From Bigelowiella natans CCMP2755 (lineage: Eukaryota; Protista; Cercozoa): 64,000 nucleotides of DNA. The stretch covers positions 1-64,000 of the forward strand of contig ADNK01001278.1 in assembly GCA_000320545.1 (NCBI GenBank), given 5' to 3'. Of this stretch, positions 54,673 through 64,000 are shown piece by piece (within the stretch, counting starts at the first letter, position 1; each line of letters begins with the position of its first letter). Position numbers and translations under genes: made by a program. A model generated the notes under the pieces. It did no database searches. It saw only the letters and a list, made by a program, of their open reading frames with translations, and was not told the origin of the DNA.

Positions 54673-56336
54673 GATCTTCGAAGAACGACTAGGCTTCTTT
54701 ACAAGGAAACGCAAGTAGATTCACTCTTCTCCAAGCACGTTGTGGGGAGGGGGAAACAGGAAAATGGAGCCAAATGAGGGAAAAGAAAAAAAGCTTCTTG
54801 TTTACGAGAAAGTCCCTTACCCGGGGACGGTACTTTATCGATTTCACCACGAACCAAATGCCGAAACCGATGCCGAGCTCAGGAAATGTCCAAAATGGAA
54901 AGGAGAACAACTAGTACGACATCGAAATTTATGCGTCTCTTACATTAACCACGGAGCTATCAACGATTGTTCAAAACCCCCCTTTTTGCAGTGCGCAAAC
55001 ACATGTTCGAGAATGTTTCACATTCCTCTTTTGCGACAGCAGTGATATTATGACGCCAAGGCCATTTGTGTCTGGTACAACACAAGTGCAAAAATTGTAT
55101 ACGTCTTGGCGGCTTGTCATACTTGAAGTCTCCGTTCAGATTGAGATTCTTCTCGGCCTTATCTCTTTAAAAGAATTAGCGCTGAAACTTTCGCTATTTT
55201 AATATATAAATCATGCTTCTAGGATGAGATTGGATGCCTTTTGCAGGAGCTTCCTTTTTTGGAACACTTAAGACTGATTAAAGTTTTCATTAGATGTAAA
55301 TAAAGGCTTTTCAGTGCAAAATTCCCGCTTTTTTTGCCGGTAACAAGAAATCGATCCAAGAACAGAGAAAAGATCGCCTAGAAATCCCATTGTTGTGGAT
55401 ATCTTCCGTGATTCCCCGTTCGAAGAGAAACAAGTTAGGTTGTTCCCTTTTTCGCCGAATCCCTCCGTTCACGGCTGAAAAGAGCCGAGGCTGATCAAAT
55501 AATTTCGAGTAATTTTCATTTGTCGTAGTTATCTTTCGGGTGTATTTTCGTTCATTCACGTTTTGGGATGTAGCTGCAAGAAAAGCTTGAAGTCGCAGGA
55601 TCAAAATGGTGCTCGCAGTATTTTCAAAATTTTGAAACTTATTGGCAACGGCTGGATTCGCTCTCTGGATTTCTTGGAAATCGACATGTTCATTCCTAAC
55701 TATGGCCTGAGTGAGGGGGATGGCTCTTCGTCTTCATGAACTGTATAATCTACTGAGGTGACCTCTAGATATGTCATAGCTGGATTTTTAGCTGCCCTGG
55801 AGATGAGCTGAATAGTGTTTCTCGCTCATGTTGTCATTGCTGCCAGAACGGCACTAGGTACCAAAACAGGAAATTACCTCTTGTGTGCTACATCAGTATT
55901 AGACATGAAACTGACTTAATCTTTAACGTACTTAGTTTTTTTGAGGTAAAGATAGAGCAGTAATATATTCATGAATTGCAATGAAGTAGTGGAAATGAAA
56001 GGAATCTCGATCTCGATCGTTTGGGTTTTTTTTCATTGGTTACATTGAATTGCTTTGCTTGTAATCTATTTCGCACGGGCAGCAGGCCACGCAGCATCGC
56101 TTATGCACATACAGACGCAGGCATTATCATGCATTGCGCCGAAATGCTACGGAAAATCTACGTTGCGAGTTTTGGCGCTAATAGAAGTTAGATTTCCCAC
56201 GGCCGGTCGTGCATTGCAGAAACCGCTATGAGCAGCAGCAATGCTTATGAATTTAGGTCACTCATAAGTACCCAATCAAATTAAACAACATGCATCTGTA
56301 TAAACACATTATCGATTTCAATCATCAACGCTATGG

Positions 56337-58794
56337 TTAATTGAAGCCTATCCAATTCTCTCCAGGCTCACGTTCACCCTGAATCAATCCTTTCCATGAC
56401 TGGATATCAGAGGAAGAAGTAATGAGATGACGAAGAAAGGAAGAGAGACAAAGAAAATAACTGATATAGGAAAGGCTGGCCATCATTGAAATTCACATGG
56501 CATTGGACATCACATGGAGTTAAGTTCCATACCTGGTGGGTGTGCAAAATAACTTCCTGAGTGAAGGCTGCATCCTGAACGATTTCATCTGCAAAATTAG
56601 TTTGCATGAATGGGCTGAAATGTCATCGAATTAACTAACGGCAGTAGCAGCAGAATGTCACCGCTTTTCGGAGAGATTCTCATCACAACGTATATATTGT
56701 ACCATAGCCAAATGTGTTAAGAGGTTTTCCATCGGGCGTTTTGTACCACCTGTGTTTGTGTTTGGGTTTGGGTTTGTGTTTGTATGTCTTTTCACTACAT
56801 ACTTCGATGAATGTAGTAGAAATATCGTACACTACCTAAACCATTCACGAATTCCTGCGATGGTGTTAGGAAGAAGTCTTTTGATATCGGCCACATCATT
56901 GAGATCCTATGGATATATGTATGGTTGGCATTAGCATTCTAAGAAGTAAAGGCTTGTAGCATGAGGGTTGCACCGATGCCAATGGATCTTCGAGGCTTAT
57001 CGCCAATACTTTCCAATCCTACACGCAGAGCAGGGAGAGGTGATCAACGCTACGTACTAAATTTTCTGCTAAATCCAAATAAATTTATTGATGAAAATGA
57101 GTGATATGTGTAACAGTCCAGCTAGGAAAAGGGAAAGATGGGGGCAAAATGGGTCTACTACTACTACCAATTCTCCAGAGTCAATCATCGCCAAAACACC
57201 TAACGGCTGGTTAGCCACCGGTATTTTCGTGACAAAATCGAAGATAATGACGACGACTAAGAGCACGGACGGCGAGCGCAAGATGAAAATAGTGACTCTA
57301 GGGGATTGTAATCATATATTTCCGGATGCGATACCAGATAACACAAATCCGCCAACGCATGCATGAGTGAGTGCACGTTCGAAACATACTACCTTCACAC
57401 GCTGGATTGACCCCATAGGAAGGATCTATATGTTGTGTCGGGTTCATTGCCTCAGGAGAACCAGAGAGAATTAAAGAAGCAACGCACCTCTGATCCAATT
57501 TCTACCACATCCAAAGGATCATTGTCGCCACAACAGTACCCAACTTCTTCGCCGCCCTTCTCGTTTGGATCCTCCCATGTCTGGGGCAGCGCGCCTTAGC
57601 AATGGAAGATCGTTCAGATTTGTTAGTGATTGTCGTAGTGATGTTTATAGGAAGTGAGCAACGTTATACAGAACCATAGTTCCAGAATATTGGCCCGTGA
57701 TAGTCTCTTAGAACACCCTTCTTCGTATCTATGGTTGTAGAAGTAAGCATTGTTTCTCCTTTACAAGCAATTTTTTTAGTCCAACAGTATTCTATATTGC
57801 ACCGCCGCTTAGCGATAAGTACCTTGGACAATAGGATTTAGCTCCAACTTCGTATTAATTTCCATCTTAGCTTTCGTGTATTTTGGAATTTCAACGACCT
57901 GAAGGAGTGCGTCGGGAAGAGGAGTAAAGGACTATCGTATTGTGAGAGTGTTTATGTATGTGCGTTCTCTTTCTTCTCTTTTCTCTGTATCTGGGCTCTC
58001 TTTTTCCTCCCTCACCATGTTGAGGCCTTCTCCTTCACAAAAGAGGGGAATATCGTGCCAGGCCGAGATTTGCTTCCCAGACTCGTTTTCTACAGTCTCC
58101 ATCTTGAAATCGGAAGTACTGCGAGGGGATCGGGTAAGGGTGATGACAAGATAGTTTCAGTTGCTGCGATGCGTTTTAGGGTAGCAACTGGGTTGCAGAT
58201 TCACTTGTTCTTTCATACTCCTCTAGCAGGACAGAATACAGATGCGACTGCATTTCTGTTTACATCATTGGCCGCTACGACATGTATGAAATATATTATC
58301 TAAGAGCCACGGTTTTTACCCTGGCTTCCCCTTCCCTACTATCGTTGCAATTCCACGATGATGACTGTGAATATTTTGGACATAATGGATGTTATCCCCA
58401 TAGCAGTTGACACTTTTCCTATTGCGTTCCAGGCACAACGGACAAAAGGCAACGACGAACAAACGACAACAATAGTAACAGCAGCATAGACCGAAGAAAC
58501 ACGCGCTCCCTTTCAGTCGACAGTGTCATCTAAATGGCTTATTGCTTCGATTTCAAATAAAGTGTCCTGCATCTTAGGGGCATCGTCTATGCTCATATTC
58601 GTACATATATCATTTGCATTCGTTGCCGACCGTCGTGTCTGCAGGAGCGCGGAGGTTAACAACCGGCGGCTCTGCTGAGAATAAGATCGCCATGCCATCG
58701 AGCTCTTGGAGCTTGTGGCCGCAATGGCCCGTACCACGGCAGCCGCAGCGGGCTTGGCCGAGCGAACGCTTCGTGTACATATCCCAGCGTACAT
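56337..58794 (-). CDS. Soluble inorganic pyrophosphatase (family I), probable mitochondrial presequence
   Basis: [102 protein letters not shown]; Arg/Ala/Ser-rich, acid-free N-terminus. Confidence 0.93.
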
Positions 58795-59036
58795 CGTCGC
58801 CGACGACTGATGCTGCTTCAACCAGGAGTCGAGTTATGGAGGAGAAGACAAGAAGAAGTGCGACAACAATAACTAATCTTATTTCTTACCGGGAAATTAC
58901 CGATAATTATCACCATATCTCCAAAATCCCCTCGATTCGTGGCAGAAAACCAGTCAACGATTCGAAATCGAGCGGAGGATAGATCGCGGCAGTCGATTTT
59001 ATTCGGGTCAAAACCTGCCCGGTCTCCCCCCTTGCC

Positions 59037-60887
59037 ATGCGGGCTCCGGGCAGCAGCTCCAGCTCCTCGGAGATAAGGATCCCTGCTCCCTCGCCTGGAA
59101 CAGCGACTAATCCAGGAGCTATTCTTGTGAGTAGTTTTGTCATTTAGCTTGCTAAAGAGGGTCATGCAAAAAACGTCATTTCTAACATCATGATTCGGCA
59201 ACAAACAACCAACGCCAGGTGGTGCCTAAAAACGGACTGGGCAACCGCTTGCGCACGATCCTTGCTTTCGTAGTTCTGGCCCGGGAGAAGGGATCCAAGC
59301 TCTTGGTAATTATGAATATTGGAAAAGAGGAAATACACTGTGCCGAACTGCTTTATTTTGGCATTCCTGTAAGTTGTCCTCACCCTCTATGTAGGTATTC
59401 TGGGAGAAAACTCGGCCCTGCCCTGGTGATTTTACCGACTACTTCGAGCCAATACCAAACGTCACGTTCATAGGTTTGTTCCTTCAATTTTTGAATTCAC
59501 TCTCTTTCTCCCTTTTCCTTCACTCCGTTTATATGCTGTTGGGTGATGATCCGTGCGTTAGAAATCCATGAAATGTTTAGAGGAAGTGAGGACCCACTCC
59601 ATCTGCCTCGATCGCTCACGTAGCCTACTACATGGTTAGGATCTGAGAGAGCACAGATGATAAGACGAAAAGTGCTAGGGGGGCGAAAGTCAAGTGCCAA
59701 GAAGCGCCACCCACAAACCGATGAAGCAACGAATAAGGAGGAGGAGGAGGAAAAAGTCACCACGGTGTTCACTGGTCAGATGTCCATGAAAAAGCTCCTA
59801 AAAAAGTTTGGATCAAAGAAGAAGGTAGGAACTACCTTTCTTTAGTAGTTATTGTCTAGTAGTCAAGCATCTTCACTCTCTGTTTGGATTAGTTAAATGA
59901 AGGAGACCTGTCCAAGCTCTATGGCCTTATAAAGCCCGTTACAAGTTTGGAGAAAGAGGTTAAAAGTTATATAGAAATATTTATGTACGTGTATATATAT
60001 GTACATACGTATTATTGACCATAATATATTCTGGCTGTGCTCTCACTTATCGAGATAGATGAGGATTGAAACACTGCTTTGACATAATCATTACATCATC
60101 ACCATCATTCTTTAGATTTTCAAGTTTGGGGCACATCACGAAATAGAGAAACGCATTGGTCTCCACCTGAGGCGAACCGACCATGTCAAAGCTGCAAGTT
60201 CGATGGGTCAGTTCCACGACGACGACCATTTCCGGTAAGTTGCTGCTCGTACGAAGCTCGGCTGATGCAGCGGAGTGCATGGAAAGATCAACAACCATGT
60301 TTTCATACTTACCATAGGCAGATAATTGAAAAGGAAATCGGGGACGCCCCTAACGATGCAAGGTAAAAGCTATAACGTTTAGATTAAAGGATAAAGTGAC
60401 AATGGTGAATGAAGAGAATAAAATAATGAGCTATGATGACTGCTCGTTTCGTAGTCTTATTACTAGCAGGCTGAAGAATTCACTCCCCCTCTCTCCAAAT
60501 ATCACCGTGTTACATAACGAAGAGATAAATGTGCACTTATGCTATAATTGCATCATTTCCAGATTCTTCCTTGCAACGGACAATGGATTAACCCAAAAAA
60601 ACTTCCTTGAGGATGAAGAGTACGGTACGTGCTCTCTTTGTTTCGTTCATTGGCATTCACTAACATGACATCCTATCTCTTACATCTCGGTTGGCTGCTC
60701 TAGGAGATCGCATCGTAGTTTGGAAGAAAATCGATCAAAAACAGGTTGAGACAACCGACTCAACGAGACATACGACCGTGCGCGATGCAGTCATTGACGT
60801 GTAAGCACCTAACCGAATACCAGAAATCCGAAAATGTTAGGGGGTACGGGAAGAGTAGTAGTCGTGGGGAAACCGAATTCTTTCTCT

Positions 60888-60932
<45 letters not shown>

Positions 60933-61234
60933 GTCGCTGCTCTCCGCTCTCGCAATGTATTAAATACGCATCAGCTTCTTACTGGCGCTGTGCAAACGAG
61001 TGTACGGCTCAGGACTCTCAACATTCTCCACTTTGGTACTTGTGACATCGCGTTTTGATGAATTTTTGTTAACCTTTGCCCGTTCATTTCACGTTCTTAA
61101 TGCAGGCACAGCGGCTTGCAGTGAGCACCAAGGCTAGGTGTACCAAACAAAATGTTAGTAGCAGCACAAAAGAGGATGCTGCTAGCATCAGATCCGACAC
61201 TTTTCGCGATGGTCATGAGGAGAAGAAACGATGA
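59037..61234 (+). CDS. Fucosyltransferase-like glycosyltransferase (GT-B; GT11/GT23/O-FucT-like motifs)
   Basis: VVPKNGLGNRLRTI, IGLHLRRTDH (GDP-fucose-binding motif), FFLATDN, AVIDV/FLLALCKRVYGSGLSTFS. Confidence 0.82.
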
Positions 61235-63060
61235 CGGTGATTCAATCTGTCTTCCTGGTGGGGCTAGGATGATGTGAACGTTGACTGCCTCTTGTTCTCG
61301 TGCTTGTGACGTCTGTCCTGATGAGCAGCACATTGTTGACTCGTTTGTCGTTGCAGAGACCGAGAAGTGCATTGGCTCAGCAGCTCAATGATCAGAATGA
61401 ACAAACACAGTGCATGGAAATGAATGACATTGAAGATGGTCATTGGAAAATGTTGTTCGGCCATTTCAAGTGAATTCCGTTTCTGCACTGCAAACGTTGT
61501 CCATGTTGCATGCACATCACCACGTCACTGACAGGCCCAAATGCGAAGTGCCGCTGCATGAGTCATGAAGCATGCAGCAGTGACTGGGTGCAACGCCAGC
61601 CTGCTGCGCACATGCTCGCACAATCCACGTGATGTTGCATGCACACCCGTGAGATGCGCTCACATGGCCACTTGCGCACATCTAGACATCACAAATGTCA
61701 AAGAAACAGCAGTTTGAATTTGCATCAAGCGTGTTGATATCCACATTCCAACGTCTGACCATTGTTCTGCACCGCTAGACCGTCTAGCCGTGAACACGCG
61801 AACGCAACGCACACGACTGGACACAGCGTGCACCACGCCACGATGCATGCATGGCGAACTACAGAACAGCAATCGACAAAAGTCTCGCGCAAAAAATCAG
61901 AGCGCAGTTGCACATGGTGCACACTGTAGCGCGTACCACTACGCGGGCACAAGTCACGTGCGACAACAAAGGGGTTGTCGCGGATATAGAATATAGATAA
62001 CGTAGATATTAATACAGCATAGGCACGTGGGTTCCGGCGGGACTCATGGCAGCACACCGGAAGTGTGCTGCCCCACGTGCGGCGGCATTCGCGAAAGCTT
62101 CGCGAATGATTACGCAGTGCACGATTTAATAAAAATATAATCTTTAATAAAAATAAACACAACTCTTCAAAAGGAAGCAAACGTGCCTTTCCCCCCCCCT
62201 GCCTACTTGTGCACGTAGCGCCTCGGCCTGTGAACACCTTACGCGCAACAACACACGCACACACGCACACACACACACACACACAATGACACACACAATG
62301 ACACACACAATGACACACACACACACACACACACATGCACGCACGATTTTCAGCCACGATGAATCACAATCGCCAATTTCACTTTGGAAGCTGCGTTCGC
62401 ATCGTGCACCGCGCGCTCTGGCGCTCTCTGGCTCTGCGTGTGCACTACCTGCGTGTTGCGCAATGCCAGAATGGCGCGTTCGTCAACCTTCAAATCAGTT
62501 CGACAGTCTTGGTCTTGACTTCGAAATTTGAAACTTGCTAGCCTGGTTGGTGAGTTTGTGCGCGAGATTTCGCAGTCTGGTTGGGTTCTTGACGCGCACT
62601 TGCACTCCTGGCCTGCAGGACCAGGTCAGTTCGAAAACGATGCGCAGAAACCAGTGGGCAGCTGAGACCCTGTCCTGGCCCTGTCCCCTCCACCTTTTGT
62701 CCCACTTGCAAACCCAATTTCCAGGATTGGACCCGAGTCTCATTCCGTGAGGACGAAGTCAACGTCAATGCGATTCAACAAGTGAACAATGCTGGAATGG
62801 ATGCTCGTGAGGCCAGGCTAGCAGGTTCAAAGATGTCCTTTCTGAAATCAGGTTTCTGTTTGCCTGAACGATCTGCAAACTTTCACCTGAATGAATGAAT
62901 GAGTGAAGAAATTCAGCAGGAGCGGTTGAAAGGATCATGTGTCACGCTGACTCATCCGTGACCTCCCAATCACTGCACAGAAAAATGTGCGATCGACGAC
63001 ACGTTGTGCTCGCTTTTGCCAGGCCCATGACACAAGCGCGCGACATGCCAACAGCGCGAA
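61201..63060. other. Two strongly TpA-depleted tracts flanking a TA-retaining hairpin-rich island
   Basis: 61201-61920: 6 TA (4 CTAG); 62341-63060: 3 TA (2 CTAG, 1 CTAC); 61921-62240 keeps many TA. Confidence 0.9.
61930..62158. repeat. Cluster of short perfect inverted repeats followed by an AT-rich tail
   Basis: Stems cgcgta/tacgcg (61930-61945), gcgacaac/gttgtcgc (61960-61981), gcacgtgg/ccacgtgc (62023-62080) enclosing ggcagcacac/gtgtgctgcc (62048-62072), cattcgcgaa/ttcgcgaatg (62086-62108); then tttaataaaaata x2. Confidence 0.85.
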
Positions 63061-63289
63061 TTTTAGACCGAAACCCATAGGTTTTTGAAAGGTGTTGTTG
63101 AAGTCGCAATGGTGAAAATGCTTCATTTTCGCCACAAAATCAGCCCAAAATAGCCCATTCATTCGCAGTCTGAAATTTCGAATTTTTGAACTGGGCCACA
63201 GCCCTGGGAGGGGACATGGCGTACACTGCCATAGAGTAGGAGGATTTTCGTGCCTGGAACTCGGTCTACTCTCAAAAGACACATCGCTT

Positions 63290-64000
63290 ATGCTCGCAGC
63301 TGATGCACGCAGCATCGACAACAATGCTCCTGGTCTATGGAAGAAGAAGACGAGGAGGAAGGGGAAGATGAGCACAATGATGAAACGAAAGCCAATGAGT
63401 GGCAGCAGCAAAATGGGAACAATATCGTTCATAGGATCAATTGTTATCCTGTAATAATCTAACCCTGTTAATGCTTTCGTATCTCAAGTGTCAGCTAAAG
63501 ACATCAAATTAACCGTCCGTGTGTATTAGCGAAGCTTGGCATGATTGGGTTGCTTGTACTGATCTCTATCCTTTTAATCCCTTTTACTTCCATGTTTATT
63601 CCTCTGCTATCTACGCATGCAGATTTAACAACAACGCAGGGCCTGGTATGCTAGCGCTGCCCGTTGTCTTCCAACAAGCAGGGATTGTTCCCACCCTGAC
63701 TCTCCTCACGGTTTGCCTTGAAAGCAGCATATGTTCATGCATGAATCCAGCGAGAGGCAACTGTATGATTCAGTTTTATATGTTTCTCTTTTGAAGCTGA
63801 CAGCTATATAGTCTTATTTATCGCCCTTTTGGAACATTTTTCACAGATATTCTGCTCCTTATCTGCGCTTTCAGCTACGATGCTCTGTGAGGTCAGAGAG
63901 GCCTGCTTGGCAATTGAGGGAGAAAATTGGAAACAATGATAATCTTCCGTATTTACCCCTCTCTCTATAGAGCACGTGAATGTCCAAGTTTTTCCGCTGA
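63290..64000 (+). CDS. Amino acid transporter (AAAP/Aa_trans family), 5' part
   Basis: GTISFIGSIVIL/FNNNAGPGMLALPVVFQQAGIVPTLTLLT/IFCSLSALSATMLCE; continues past the window end. Confidence 0.85.

Noticed and set aside
55590-55870. Possible small + strand gene upstream of ACCase
   Set aside because: Exon-like fragments are present but I found no consistent frame, start codon or motif.
62020-62125. Hammerhead or HDV-like ribozyme in the hairpin cluster
   Set aside because: The minus strand has atgagtcc..gga but no complete CUGAnGA or GAAA core; an HDV-like L3 (cccacgt) and gcgaatg are present but I could not build P1/P1.1.
62734-62762. tccgtgaggacgaa resembling hammerhead stem II
   Set aside because: No CUGAnGA upstream and no flanking stems; treated as chance.
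61201-63060. Classical 5mC/CpG decay or fungal RIP as the cause of the CA/TG-rich tracts
   Set aside because: CpG is abundant (gcgcgc, cgcg, acgt) and TpA is lost, whereas CpG decay removes CpG and RIP increases TpA.

Overview
Gene-dense, intron-rich eukaryotic nuclear DNA. It has short GT-AG introns full of microsatellites and many head-to-head gene pairs. Several proteins have signal-peptide or signal+transit-like leaders, which points to an alga with a secondary plastid; a chlorarachniophyte such as Bigelowiella is my inference, not verified. Recognisable genes: phosducin-like protein, two divergent GNAT acetyltransferases, a class-V PLP lyase, a MARVEL-like+WW protein, DNMT2/TRDMT1, an ArfGAP, a Gemin8-like protein, an ABC1/UbiB kinase, homomeric acetyl-CoA carboxylase, a family I pyrophosphatase, a fucosyltransferase-like protein and an amino-acid transporter, plus several hypothetical genes. 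The most striking non-gene signal is a set of intergenic tracts (about 7.6-8.3, 22.3-22.9, 30.8-31.6, 61.2-61.9 and 62.3-63.1 kb, partially 9.8-10.1 and 45.2-46.1 kb) where the dinucleotide TpA is almost erased, CpA/TpG are abundant, CpG is retained, and nearly all surviving TpA lies in CTAG, CTA or TAG. This looks like a regional, context-specific TpA->CpA/TpG hypermutation running opposite to fungal RIP. All exon boundaries and counts were read by hand, so gene coordinates are approximate spans that include introns.
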